Assembly: GCA_026936335.1 (NCBI GenBank)
Contig: JAPMXV010000016.1
Span: 248,001 to 312,000, forward strand
Origin: Mantamonas sphyraenae STR306
Lineage: Eukaryota; Protista; CRuMs
Direction of reading: 5' to 3'
Length of the DNA stretch: 64,000 nt
Made by a program: the position numbers and the translations under genes. Numbering within the stretch: the stretch's first letter is position 1; the number at the start of each line of letters is the position of its first letter. Positions 14,499-27,033 of this stretch are shown here, piece by piece. The notes below the pieces were generated by a model. That model had not been told where the DNA came from. It did no database searches and saw only the letters and a list, made by a program, of their open reading frames with translations.

Positions 14499-14733
14499 GG
14501 TGATAGTTGACCTCCGTGCTTGTGGAGTGTGGTGTGCTGTGGGTGTGTGTTTGGGGCGGGAAGGGAAAATGAGTGGTGGCCCCAGCGCCGATGCTTTTTC
14601 CGTTTCCGGTCCATTTCCCTTCCGATCGCTCCACGATGTCCACACAGGCCACAGCACGCGGTGCTTGACAATGGCAAAGAGACGGCAACGCAATTGTGAA
14701 AGGCAGAGGCAAGCAGACTGCATTCAACCTCCG

Positions 14734-16464
14734 CTACCAATACCCAGGCACGTCCAGATCCACATTCTCTCCCTTGTTGACCAGAATCTTGGCGCAGAAG
14801 GAGCACACGCGCAGCACGTCCGTCTTTTGCTCCTTGTTGGACCAGTGCGACCACCAGTTGGACGAGCAATTGGCGCAAAACACCTTTCCGCAAAACCTGC
14901 AGTGGTGTCGCCTGGTCATGATCCATCCAAACTCTGTGTTGCAGCTGCAGCAATTCGGTGCATCCTCGTCCGCCATCCACTTGCTCTGCAGCAGAGGTTC
15001 TGGCGGCGGACTGTACGACCTGCGCCTCCTCCGGCTCTCTTCCACATCCACATCGTTTGTGGACTTTGTACGTCGCGTGACTCTCTTGAATGCCCACGGC
15101 ATTGCCTCTTGTTCCACTGTCGGCGTCGATGCGCTCGACGAACTTGCTCCTTCGCTCTGCCCGTCCCGAGAGCTCAGTGTCGAAATGGTGAATTCAGACT
15201 CGCTTCGAGTGCGGCCCCCTCGCCTGCGATCTCCTTCCGGCTCGTCTCCTTCGCCGTTGCTTTCCTGACGAGTGCGCACTACACTCACGCTCTGCGTGCG
15301 TGCACGCACTCCACCCTGTACAGATCCCACCCCCAAAATCTCGTCGTTCACGCTGTCGTGGCTGTGATACCGTCCTTTGCGCTGGCTACCCTGCCTCTGG
15401 TGTGGTTTGCCGCCGGCCCCACGCCGTTGGTTGTGATTGTGGTTGCCCATGGTGTTGTCGCTGTTCACCACAACCGTCTTGCCTCCGGTCGAGCCCTCGT
15501 CTTCCGACGCCCCACGCAAACCGCCCTCGTTCAGCGGCGGCGAGCGTGCAAACGCCTTTTCCGTGTCTTCCATGGACACGACAACGGGTGCGCCGTGGCT
15601 GCTGTGCGACGAATTGCTGTCTCCCAGCGGCTCGCTTGTCAACGAGGCGGAAGGCAATGACGGAATGGTCTCCAAACTCGTCGCCTCGCTGCCGTTCTCC
15701 TCCTCGTCCACATCGTCCTCAGACAACACGCGATTGATGGTTCCCTGGAATAATGACGCCATGCCCGACTGGCTCCCTTCGTCTCCACCTTCGCCTCCGC
15801 CCTCCTCGTCCGTTCCCGCCACTTCGGGCCGTTTTCCACCGTCGCCTTCCGAGAACTGCGTCCGGCCGGCTCCTTCCACGCGTACGGCAACCCCAGCCAT
15901 TTCCTTGTCCGCGTGCATCTGCAGTAGCTCCATTACTTCATGGTTGTCAAACGCACTGGCCAGCTCAAACGCAGTCTGGCCATTGTGAGTCTGCACGCTC
16001 AGGTCGGCGCCGTTTCCCAGGAGTTCCCGAGTCAAGTCGACGTCATTCCGCGATGCTGCCACATGAAGCGGCGTCTGTCCATACTCGTTGCTGCAGTTCA
16101 CTTCTGCTCCAAATTCCAGCAGCACACTGACCGCGTCATGATGTGCCTGACGCACGGCGCTGAACAACGGTGTCACCCCGACGCCATTCTGTCCGTTCAA
16201 TTGCTCCAAATCCGCCCCGACCTCGCACAGTACTCGCACACACTCGCCACTGTCCATGTTGACAGCTTCATGCAGAGCACTCTCCCCTTGACCATCCTGT
16301 ACATTCACCTTGCTCCGCAGTGGCCCCTTGCGTTCCAGTAACCGACGCAGGCAGTCCGCGTGGCCCAGTGCCGCGGCCACATGCAACGCCGTCTGGCCCT
16401 CCCCCAACAATGTGATTTCACCACACAGGCATGTCGCCTCTTGGGCTTCGTAGTCCAGCGACAT
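14734..16464 (-). CDS. Ankyrin-repeat and FYVE-domain protein
   Basis: About five ankyrin repeats (GQTALHVAA, GESALHEAV, TPLFSAV, GQTPLHVAA, GQTAFELA) and a C-terminal FYVE domain WMADEDAPNC..C..RRHHCRFCGKVFCANCS..RVCSFC; start codon uncertain. Confidence 0.88.
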   Translation of the reverse strand: MSLDYEAQEATCLCGEITLLGEGQTALHVAAALGHADCLRRLLERKGPLRSKVNVQDGQGESALHEAVNMDSGECVRVLCEVGADLEQLNGQNGVGVTPLFSAVRQAHHDAVSVLLEFGAEVNCSNEYGQTPLHVAASRNDVDLTRELLGNGADLSVQTHNGQTAFELASAFDNHEVMELLQMHADKEMAGVAVRVEGAGRTQFSEGDGGKRPEVAGTDEEGGGEGGDEGSQSGMASLFQGTINRVLSEDDVDEEENGSEATSLETIPSLPSASLTSEPLGDSNSSHSSHGAPVVVSMEDTEKAFARSPPLNEGGLRGASEDEGSTGGKTVVVNSDNTMGNHNHNQRRGAGGKPHQRQGSQRKGRYHSHDSVNDEILGVGSVQGGVRARTQSVSVVRTRQESNGEGDEPEGDRRRGGRTRSESEFTISTLSSRDGQSEGASSSSASTPTVEQEAMPWAFKRVTRRTKSTNDVDVEESRRRRRSYSPPPEPLLQSKWMADEDAPNCCSCNTEFGWIMTRRHHCRFCGKVFCANCSSNWWSHWSNKEQKTDVLRVCSFCAKILVNKGENVDLDVPGYW

Positions 16465-16579
16465 GTGCACGCGTGCGGTGGTTGTTTTGGATGGCCGCTC
16501 GCGTCGTCGACGGATGCAACACATCCGGTTTCACGGCCGCTGATCGACCCACCACACATTTATTGCAGTGCATCAGATA

Positions 16580-19500
16580 ATGAGTCGAAGAGAAACAACC
16601 CGCCGCATGGACTCCATGGCCAGCCTTCCGGAGGAGGCAAAGGAAGTCCGGGCGCCCAAACATCCGGAAGAGGTACGTCAATGGCCATGGTGTTGGACGG
16701 CACTTGGTCGCGTGGTGCCACACACATGCATTCACTGCCGGTTCTACGATGACTGTATGCGTGCGCGCGTGGTGAGCAGTTGAGGCGCGCAAACGCCAAG
16801 TCTGCGTCGCGTCGCGACGCCTGTAACGGCTGAAATAAGCACGGGCCTCTTCCTGCGTACTGGCGTTTCAACGGTCAAATGCACGCACGGACGTGGTGCA
16901 ATGCGACCAGGCGCAGAACGGGAAGCAGTTTCATGGCTTTCTCATGGCTGTGACCCTTGGGCGCGGGTTGGGTGAGGCAACGTCGAACGCACACTGACAC
17001 TCTTGTCCCGTACCCGCTGGCAATACGTGAAATCCACACGGATTCCGGTCGTTGTGTGTCCACCGTGAATGGCATGGGTGTGCTTGCCGGTCCATTCCTC
17101 CCATCTTGCAGGAACTGTACAGGGTGGCGTCGCATGACGACACAGAGCTGACACGCAAGGTGTTGAAGAAGCACAAGGGCAAGCTGAACCTGGATTGGCC
17201 AAACGACGAGGAGCGCAACTTTACCGCGTTGCACGTGTGCGTGCACCACAACTACACACAAACCACAAACATCTTGCTCGCTGCCGGGGCAAATCCGAAC
17301 GCTGTCGCCGTGGGTGGCCGCACCCCTCTGCACGTGGCCGTGCTGCACAGCTGCCACGAGGCACGAGACACGCTCCTCAGGCGCAGCAAGGAAGGCGCAC
17401 GCAAAGCAAACATCAAACTCAAGGCCAATATGTACGTCAAACTCGATCCGCAGGACTCGACCAAAAAGTTTACGCCGTTCCACTACGCTTGCATGGAGAA
17501 CGACGTCGACTCGGTGATTGCCCTTCTGCAGCACAGAGCCGATCCTTGGAAGTTGGACGAGGATGGTAACTGTGGCCTGCACCTGGCTGCGGACAAGGGC
17601 AGCGACAAGGTGGCCGAATACCTGGTCAAGCACTACCCGGAGATGGTCGACTTTACAAACAGCTGGAACGAGGGACCGCTGCTTAAATCGGTGCACAGCG
17701 GCCACCCTGTGGTGGCCAAACTGCTGCTGGACACCGGGGCGGTGGACGTGGAGCGAGAAAACGTGTCTGGCGTCTCGCCGCTGAAAGACGCCGTGTACAA
17801 CGGTAACGACGAGTGCGTTTCGCTGCTCATCGACTACGGTGCCGATTTGCACAAGAAGGACGAGAATGGAAACATGGCCATCCACTACGCCGCCGCCATG
17901 GGCCACAGCAAAGTGACAAAGACTTTGGTCGAACACGGGGCCAGCGTCAATCAGATGGACTACGGGGGCCGTACGGCAGTGGACTATGCACTGGACAGCG
18001 ACCCAAAGGTGACCAAGAAGCTGCTGAAGGAGCGTGGCGCAAAGGAGTCGGTGATTGACGAGAACAACCCAGAGGAGGTGTTGGGAGTGTTGACGAGGCA
18101 GGGCGGCATTGGAGGCATGTTGCTGATGACCAATGCAGTGCGCGTGATTGCAAAGCGCTGGAGGGAGCTGTTGTACAGGCGGCGCAAGCAGGTCGGTGTT
18201 CAGTGCGAGCCGTGGGAGGACCCCGAGTTGGCGAAGCTGCGCGACCAGCTGGAAAAGGAGACGGAGCACAGGAAGAGGCTGGAGGAGCGTCATCGGGTAC
18301 TGCGTGATGGCTTGACAAAGATGATCAACACGGAGAAGAAGGAGCTGGAGGCGATGAAAACGACGCGAGTCAAAGCAACCACGAAGGACGCAGATCTTCT
18401 CGACTTTACGCAGGGAATCATTGATGAGCTGAAACGAGGAGGTGGCGACGCAGGCGCACAGCTTGCCGAACTGCGTGCGGGCCTGATTGACATTTGCAAG
18501 ACGGAAAAGGACAAGACGGAGACCCTGAAGATGTTTAGCGTATCTGAGGAGAACAGCAACACAGAGTTGTTGCGCATGGACGAGCAGCTCATCCAGTACC
18601 ATCAGAAGGAGACGCAGCGCATGCAGAAACAGCTGGAGGCGTTGCGCCGCGCGATAGCCAGCAATTGCGAAACCAGTGCACGCATGATGCCCAAGGGCGC
18701 ACGCGTTGATGCAAAACACGTGGAGGCTGCAGAGGCAACCGGAGAGGATGATGTGCTTGTGGAGATGGACGCCAAGGTGAACGCAGAGTGGAAGCGGCTG
18801 TACGCGGACATGGAAAAGAAACGGGACAGGTTGCAGGTTGTGCGTGACGGCCTGCAGCGGATCGTGGAAGTGGAAATCGAAAGTGTCGATGACATGGATG
18901 AGAACGTTGACGAACACACGAGCCACGAAGAATTGCTGGCACTGGATGCACAAATTATTGAAACGCACAAAGCGACGATTGACGAGCTGCAGGAGCTGCG
19001 AGACGAACTGATTCAGCTTTGCTACCGCGAAAAGGGATCTGTACCATCACTGGCAGAGACGGAGATCGACGAGAACGAGATCGAGAACAGCGATCTGCTG
19101 GAAATTGCAGAACGGATCATGCAAGAGAATGCGTCTCAGCTGAAGCATTTGCGCAAGGACTTGCATTTGTTGTGCACAGACGGACGCCAGGGAATGGAGT
19201 CTGTGGAGAAGATGGAGCTCGTGGAAGACGACAACAAGTCGCTGATGGCGGTGGACCGGGCAATCATTGAGGCGAGGAAGGAGCAGGTGCGGGAGCTGCA
19301 GTCGGAGCTGGAGGAGGTGGAGAAGCGACTGGAGGGACTGCGTGGGGCACTGCTGGAAGTGTGTGAAAGCGAGCGACGTGGATTCGAAGCGCTGGAGAAG
19401 AAGGCGCTGGATGACAAGAGCAGTGACGAGGCACTGATTGCGATGGACCGGGAGATCATTGCGGCAAGCAAGGCGGGTGTGAAGCCCGTGCTGGCACGAC

Positions 19501-22500
19501 TGGAGGCGCTGAGGAGTGCACTGATGGGAGTGTTGGAGGAGGAGAAGGAGGCGGTGCATGGACTGGCGAACAAGAAGTACGATGGAAGTGTGGGGGATGA
19601 CGAGCTTGTGGATGACGAACGTGCGGTGATTGCAGCGCTGAAGGACCACAACCTGGAGGAGGTGACTGCGGAGCTGGAGGCACTGCGTCGCGGGCTGGTG
19701 GAGGTGTGTGTGAGTGGAAAGGAGGGAGTGCCTGGGATGGAGGAGAAGGAAGTGGACGAGAAGACAAGCGACAAGGAGTTGCTGGCAGTGGACAGGGCAA
19801 TCATTGCAGCGAGCAAGGGAGAGACGCAGCGTGTGTTGGGAGAGCTGTCGGCGCTGCGAAAGATGCTTGCGGAGCTGTGTGCAGAGGAGAGGAGCGGATT
19901 TGAGACTGTGGAGAAGATGGAGCTCGTGGAAGACGACAACAAGTCGCTGATGGCGGTGGACCGGGCAATCATTGAGGCGAGGAAGGAGCAGGTGCGGGAG
20001 CTGCAGTCGGAGCTGGAGGAGGTGGAGAAGCGACTGGAGGGGCTGCGTGGGGCACTGCTGGAAGTGTGTGAAAGCGAGCGACGTGGATTCGAAGCGCTGG
20101 AGAAGAAGGCGCTGGATGACAAGAGCAGTGACGAGGCACTGATTGCGATGGACCGGGAGATCATTGCGGCAAGCAAGGCGGGGGGTGAAGCCCGTGCTGG
20201 CACGACTGGAGGCGCTGAGGAGTGCACTGATGGGAGTGTTGGAGGAGGAGAAGGAGGCGGTGCATGGACTGGCGAACAAGAAGTACGATGGAAGTGTGGG
20301 GGATGACGAGCTTGTGATGACGAACGTGCGGTGATTGCAGCGCTGAAGGACCACAACCTGGAGGAGGTGACTGCGGAGCTGGAGGCACTGCGTCGCGGGC
20401 TGGTGGAGGTGTGTGTGAGTGGAAAGGAGGGAGTGCCTGGGGTGGAGGAGAAGGAAGTGGACGAGAAGACAAGCGACAAGGAGTTGCTGGCAGTGGACAG
20501 GGCAATCATTGCAGCGAGCAAGGGAGAGATGCAGCGTGTGTTGGGAGAGCTGTCGGCGCTGCGAAAGATGCTTGCGGAGCTGTGTGCAGAGGAGAGGAGC
20601 GGGTTTGAGACTGTGGAGAAGATGGAGCTTGTGGAAGACGACAACAAGTCGCTGATGGCGGTGGACCGGGCAATCATTGAGGCGAGGAAGGAGCAGGTGC
20701 GGGAGCTGCAGTCGGAGCTGGAGGAGGTGGAGAAGCGACTGGAGGGGCTGCGTGGGGCACTGCTGGAAGTGTGTGAAAGCGAGCGACGTGGATTCGAAGC
20801 GCTGGAGAAGAAGGCGCTGGATGACAAGAGCAGCGACGAGGCACTGATTGCGATGGACCGGGAGATCATTGCGGCAAGCAAGGCGGGTGTGAAGCCCGTG
20901 CTGGCACGACTGGAGGCGCTGAGGAGTGCACTGATGGGAGTGTTGGAGGAGGAGAAGGAGGCGGTGCATGGACTGGCGAACAAGAAGTACGATGGGAGTG
21001 TGGGGGATGACGAGCTTGTGGATGACGAACGTGCGGTGATTGCAGCGCTGAAGGACCACAACCTGGAGGAGGTGACTGCGGAGCTGGAGGCACTGCGTCG
21101 CGGACTGGTGGAGGTGTGTGTGAGTGGAAAGGAGGGAGTGCCTGGGGTGGAGGAGAAGGAAGTGGACGAGAAGACAAGCGACAAGGAGTTGCTGGCAGTG
21201 GACAGGGCAATCATTGCAGCGAGCAAGGGAGAGACGCAGCGTGTGTTGGGAGAGCTGTCGGCGTTGCGAAAGATGCTTGCGGAGCTGTGTGCAGAGGAGA
21301 GGAGCGGGTTTGAGACTGTGGAGAAGATGGAGCTTGTGGAAGACGACAACAAGTCGCTGATGGCGGTGGACCGGGCAATCATTGAGGCGAGGAAGGAGCA
21401 GGTGCGAGAGCTGCAGTCGGAGCTGGAGGAGGTGGAGAAGCGACTGGAGGGGCTGCGTGGGGCACTGCTGGAAGTGTGTGAAAGCGAGCGACGTGGATTC
21501 GAAGCGCTGGAGAAGAAGGCGCTGGATGACAAGAGCAGTGACGAGGCACTGATTGCGATGGACCGGGAGATCATTGCGGCAAGCAAGGCGGGTGTGAAGC
21601 CCGTGCTGGCACGACTGGAGGCGCTGAGGAGTGCACTGATGGGAGTGTTGGAGGAGGAGAAGGAGGCGGTGCATGGACTGGCGAACAAGAAGTACGATGG
21701 GAGTGTGGGGGATGACGAGCTTGTGGATGACGAACGTGCGGTGATTGCAGCGCTGAAGGACCACAACCTGGAGGAGGTGACTGCGGAGCTGGAGGCACTG
21801 CGTCGCGGACTGGTGGAGGTGTGTGTGAGTGGAAAGGAGGGAGTGCCTGGGGTGGAGGAGAAGGAAGTGGACGAGAAGACAAGCGACAAGGAGTTGCTGG
21901 CAGTGGACAGGGCAATCATTGCAGCGAGCAAGGGAGAGACGCAGCGTGTGTTGGGAGAGCTGTCGGCGCTGCGAAAGATGCTTGCGGAGCTGTGTGCAGA
22001 GGAGAGGAGCGGGTTTGAGACTGTGGAGAAGATGGAGCTTGTGGAAGACGACAACAAGTCGCTGATGGCGGTGGACCGGGCAATCATTGAGGCGAGGAAG
22101 GAGCAGGTGCGAGAGCTGCAGTCGGAGCTGGAGGAGGTGGAGAAGCGACTGGAGGGGCTGCGTGGGGCACTGCTGGAAGTGTGTGAAAGCGAGCGACGTG
22201 GATTCGAAGCGCTGGAGAAGAAGGCGCTGGATGACAAGAGCAGCGACGAGGCACTGATTGCGATGGACCGGGATATCATTGCGGCAAGCAAGGCGGGTGT
22301 GAAGCCCGTGCTGGCACGACTGGAGGCGCTGAGGAGTGCACTGATGGGAGTGTTGGAGGAGGAGAAGGAGGCGGTGCATGGACTGGCGAACAAGAAGTAC
22401 GATGGAAGTGTGGGGGATGACGAGCTTGTGGATGACGAACGTGCGGTGATTGCAGCGCTGAAGGACCACAACCTGGAGGAGGTGACTGCGGAGCTGGAGG

Positions 22501-25500
22501 CACTGCGTCGCGGACTGGTGGAGGTGTGTGTGAGTGGAAAGGAGGGAGTGCCTGGGGTGGAGGAGAAGGAAGTGGACGAGAAGACAAGCGACAAGGAGTT
22601 GCTGGCAGTGGACAGGGCAATCATTGCAGCGAGCAAGGGAGAGACGCAGCGTGTGTTGGGAGAGCTGTCGGCGCTGCGAAAGATGCTTGCGGAGCTGTGT
22701 GCAGAGGAGAGGAGCGGATTTGAGACTGTGGAGAAGATGGAGCTTGTGGAAGACGACAACAAGTCGCTGATGGCGGTGGACCGGGCAATCATTGAGGCGA
22801 GGAAGGAGCAGGTGCGAGAGCTGCAGTCGGAGCTGGAGGAGGTGGAGAAGCGACTGGAGGGGCTGCGTGGGGCACTGCTGGAAGTGTGTGAAAGCGAGCG
22901 ACGTGGATTCGAAGCGCTGGAGAAGAAGGCGCTGGATGACAAGAGCAGTGACGAGGCACTGATTGCGATGGACCGGGATATCATTGCGGCAAGCAAGGCG
23001 GGTGTGAAGCCCGTGCTGGCACGACTGGAGGCGCTGAGGAGTGCACTGATGGGAGTGTTGGAGGAGGAGAAGGAGGCGGTGCATGGACTGGCGAACAAGA
23101 AGTACGATGGAAGTGTGGGGGATGACGAGCTTGTGGATGACGAACGTGCGGTGATTGCAGCGCTGAAGGACCACAACCTGGAGGAGGTGACTGCGGAGCT
23201 GGAGGCACTGCGTCGCGGGCTGGTGGAGGTGTGTGTGAGTGGAAAGGAGGGAGTGCCTGGGATGGAGGAGAAGGAAGTGGACGAGAAGACAAGCGACAAG
23301 GAGTTGCTGGCAGTGGACAGGGCAATCATTGCAGCGAGCAAGGGAGAGACGCAGCGTGTGTTGGGAGAGCTGTCGGCGCTGCGAAAGATGCTTGCGGAGC
23401 TGTGTGCAGAGGAGAGGAGCGGGTTTGAGACTGTGGAGAAGATGGAGCTTGTGGAAGACGACAACAAGTCGCTGATGGCGGTGGACCGGGCAATCATTGA
23501 GGCGAGGAAGGAGCAGGTGCGAGAGCTGCAGTCGGAGCTGGAGGAGGTGGAGAAGCGACTGGAGGGGCTGCGTGGGGCACTGCTGGAAGTGTGTGAAAGC
23601 GAGCGACGTGGATTCGAAGCGCTGGAGAAGAAGGCGCTGGATGACAAGAGCAGCGACGAGGCACTGATTGCGATGGACCGGGATATCATTGCGGCAAGCA
23701 AGGCGGGTGTGAAGCCCGTGCTGGCACGACTGGAGGCGCTGAGGAGTGCACTGATGGGAGTGTTGGAGGAGGAGAAGGAGGCGGTGCATGGACTGGCGAA
23801 CAAGAAGTACGATGGGAGTGTGGGGGATGACGAGCTTGTGGATGACGAACGTGCGGTGATTGCAGCGCTGAAGGACCACAACCTGGAGGAGGTGACTGCG
23901 GAGCTGGAGGCACTGCGTCGCGGACTGGTGGAGGTGTGTGTGAGTGGAAAGGAGGGAGTTCCTGGGGTGGAGGAGAAGGAGGTGGACGAGAAGACAAGCG
24001 ACAAGGAGTTGCTGGCAGTGGACAGGGCAATCATTGACGTCCTCAAGAAGGAGAATGATTGCTTGCGAAGCGGTGTGGTCGACGTGCTCGCCCGGGAGTA
24101 TGAGGGTGGTGTTTCGCATGATGCCCTGCCGCCGAGCAAGTTGCAGTCAGAAAGCAACGCTCGTCTGGTCAAACGACTTTCGTTGCTGGTGTCAGCTTTA
24201 TTGGCTGCTTTGAACACCAAACCTGAACCGATGGTTGTGGAACGTGCTGGGCAGCCTGTGGTGGACACTACGCTGTGGGATGAGTTGAAGGTGGGCGTGC
24301 TTGGGGTGTGCGTCGAGTTTGCTCCGGCCTCTGGCAACGTGACCTTGCCCAATCCAACAGAGTCAAACAACAAGGAGGTCGTGAAAGCCACACAGGAGGT
24401 GATGCAGGCCATGCGCGTGGCTTTGAAGAAGCTACATGCAAAGATGGAGCGAGAAATCAAGGAACGTGATGAGGCGCTGGAGAAGCTTAAGGAAGAACTG
24501 AAGCAGCGCAGGCAGCACATCCGCACCTTGCAGGGTAAGGTTACCGATCTGGAGGCACAGAACAGCAAGCTGGGAGCAGATCTGGAGGAGGCGGTGCGCA
24601 AGATCAAGATTTTGGAACGCGAGATTGAACGTCTGAAGGCCGAAATCCGCAAGCTGAAAGCAGAGCTGGCCAAAAAGCCAAAAGTGGTGGAAAAGGTGGT
24701 GGTCAAAGAACAGGAAAGTCGTGGAGAGCGCAAGCCACGTGAAAAGGCGTCACCGCGAAAGCGAGAGAAGAAGGAGGATGACTGGGACAGGCTGCTGCTG
24801 CTGAAGGAGATACAGAACCTGAAGAAGCAGCTTGCGGACATGACGAAGCTGAAGAAACGGTTTGAGCGGAAGTACGAAGACACGTGCAGGCTGTTGAACA
24901 AGGAATCCACGGGCAGAGCGGGAGAAGAGACGCGGCATCGCGAGACACGTCTGCAGGCCGAGCACCTGAACAAGCGACTGACAAGCGAGCAGAAGACGCT
25001 GCAGGAGGTGGACAAAACAAGAAGCAAGAAGGAGAAACAGCTGGAACGTACGCTGAACTTGCTGGACGAAACAAGTGTGCAGAAAACGGCGGAGGAGCAA
25101 CAACTGTTTGAGTTGTCGCTTGAACTGAAGAACGCGCGCAAGGAGTTGGAGTTGCAAAAGGCAGGTACTGATGCAAAGATGCGAGAGGTGCAGGCAGATT
25201 TGGCAGATATCACGCGCCTGGTGTTTGGCGGGTTGGATGCTTGCAAAGGAGAGCTGGATGACAAGGTGGGCGCGGAGGCGTCGATTGAGTCATTGCTGCG
25301 CGAGATGCGACACTTGCTGGTGGAAATTGGGATGGGCGAGCTCGTAGAGGTGGCAGAGGAAGATCGCGCGGTGCCTGTGACTCTGTTGCCGGCGCTGGTG
25401 GTAAACCCTGCGTCATCGTTGTCTCCGGGAATGAGCCCGCGTCTGCGTGGGCGCAAGATGAAACTTTCGCCGCGAGGAGGTAAGAACAAGAGTCCTGGGA

Positions 25501-26048
25501 ACCATCAGGGAGGGGACAGCTTGTCGAGCGTGGTGAGGTCAGGCAGCGAAAAGAAGAAAGCCGTGAAACCGAGTGCGCCGGCAGGAACCCCGTCGAGCAA
25601 GGTGGGCACGGGCAAGCAGGTCGTGGCACGATCTACACCGCGGGCAAACCGCATGCGCAAGGAACTGGAGGAGGCAGGGAAAGGCAGCAAGAAACAGAAG
25701 CAACCCGAACGGGAAAGGGAGGCCGCTAAGGCGGAACCAAAGGCGAAGCAGGAGGAGGTGGACGAGAAGCAAGGTGAAGAGGAAGTGACCAGTTTGGACC
25801 TGGTGGAACCAAAGGCAGGAGGAGAGACAGGCGTGGCGGTGGAGCTGGAAGTGGATGAAGTGGACTCGGATTCGGACGACGACGATGAAGATCTGGAAGC
25901 GTTGCTGGGGAACCGTGGGGGGCAATCAGCAGGAAGCAGCGCAGCTAGCAGCGTGGTGGACACAGTTGTGGGCAAGGTGAGCATCCAACACGACAGCCAA
26001 GGCCGGCAAACAATTGTGAAGATCTCCACGCCGAAGAAGATGACGTAA
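16580..26048 (+). CDS. Giant (~3000 aa) protein: N-terminal ankyrin repeats, long helical tandem repeats, coiled coil and acidic tail (exon 1 16580-16672, intron 16673-17111)
   Basis: Ankyrin repeats at ~17.2-18.05 kb; ORFs 17052-20306 and 20331-26048 are one gene split by a compensated +1/-1 indel pair (~20181, ~20316) inside one repeat copy; GTACGT..TTGCAG intron in phase 0. Confidence 0.8.
19201..24036 (+). repeat. Coding tandem array, 705-bp unit (235 aa) x ~6.9 near-identical copies
   Basis: CTGTGGAGAAGATGGAGC recurs at 19201, 19906, 20611, 21316, 22021, 22726 and 23431; copies differ by a few mostly synonymous substitutions. Confidence 0.97.
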
Positions 26049-26077
26049 TGAGAAGAAATGGAAACTATATATTGTCA

Positions 26078-26944
26078 TCAAAACACACGTCGCTGCCCCA
26101 GCGGGGGAAGGGAGTTGCCGTTGGAGGTAGAGGAGGCGGACGAGGAAGCCGAGCCAAGAGGGGCGAGAGGACCCAGGGCTCCCAAAGAAGAGGAGGAGGT
26201 GCGTGAGCTGGCAAGGGGCTTGAGCGGCGTCAAGCGCTTGCGTGCAGTCATGACCTTCTCCAGCTCGATTTCACGCTGCCTCTCTTCTGCAGCGCGGAGC
26301 TTGGCGTCGAGATCTTCCTTTGTTGGAGAAGCCTTTTGGGCTTTTTCCCTCTTCATCTTCTCCAGACGGATCTGGGTCTTTGACTTGCGCGCAGATGCGC
26401 GGAGGGGTTTCTTTACATCAATCTCAATGACCATGGCCTGGGGACGCTGATTCTCCAGGTCCGAGGCGGAGGTGCATCGAGGAGGGGTTGCGAGGACGTC
26501 GTGCTCGTCGTCGCCCTCACTCATTGGCGAGTTGTTGCGGCTGCTTGAGGCAGTGGACGAGGCGTCGGTGGTTTCAGTGAAGCCGTGCATGGAAACATCG
26601 TCATCCTGGGCGGCTGTGGAGGAAGAAGGGAGGGGGGACGAGGTGGGCATTGTCCGATCAACGGTCGACTTCTTACCCAGCTCTGGGGAGAGCTCGGGAG
26701 CAGGCGAGGCGGATTGGGAGCCAGGGGTAGTGACAGGAGTCATAGCCAGGGCGGGTTGGGAGTGGGCCGGGGTGGAAGGAGCCTGTGGTGTGGAAGGGGC
26801 CGAGGTGTCCGTTGCGAGTTGACCGTTTTCCGATTCAGGCAATCGTGTTTCTTCCACGACGACGGCGGCGGCAGTGGGAGCCGGGGTGATGGTGGTGGTG
26901 TTGGATGCAGATGTCGATGCTTGCTTGGAGGAGCCACAGCCCAT
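26078..26944 (-). CDS. N-acylated stathmin-domain protein (STMND1-like)
   Basis: Begins MGCGSSK (myristoylation/palmitoylation motif); C-terminal SPTKEDLDAKLRAAEERQREIE matches the stathmin tubulin-binding helix pattern. Confidence 0.65.
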   Translation of the reverse strand: MGCGSSKQASTSASNTTTITPAPTAAAVVVEETRLPESENGQLATDTSAPSTPQAPSTPAHSQPALAMTPVTTPGSQSASPAPELSPELGKKSTVDRTMPTSSPLPSSSTAAQDDDVSMHGFTETTDASSTASSSRNNSPMSEGDDEHDVLATPPRCTSASDLENQRPQAMVIEIDVKKPLRASARKSKTQIRLEKMKREKAQKASPTKEDLDAKLRAAEERQREIELEKVMTARKRLTPLKPLASSRTSSSSLGALGPLAPLGSASSSASSTSNGNSLPPLGQRRVF

Positions 26945-27033
26945 GATGATGTGATGCAGATGTGTGCGGGAAAGAGGTGAGGTGCAGATTGGCACCGGGA
27001 GCGCAGGGGCAGACATCCCAACTCAACTCGAAC

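Noticed and set aside
20181-20320. Frameshift pair splitting the giant ankyrin gene (possible programmed frameshift or two genes)
   Set aside because: One extra G and one missing G in G-runs of a single repeat copy restore the frame, and the other copies are intact; most likely consensus errors.
19201-24036. Tandem arrays as CRISPR, satellite or transposon
   Set aside because: No spacers, terminal repeats or transposase; the units are codon multiples within open frames.
19047-25489. Very long antisense ORFs (1690 and 2117 aa) over the 705-bp array
   Set aside because: Shadows of the Glu/Leu-rich sense gene: a stop-free antisense unit is simply repeated, and the translations are Ser- or Leu/His-rich with no domain.
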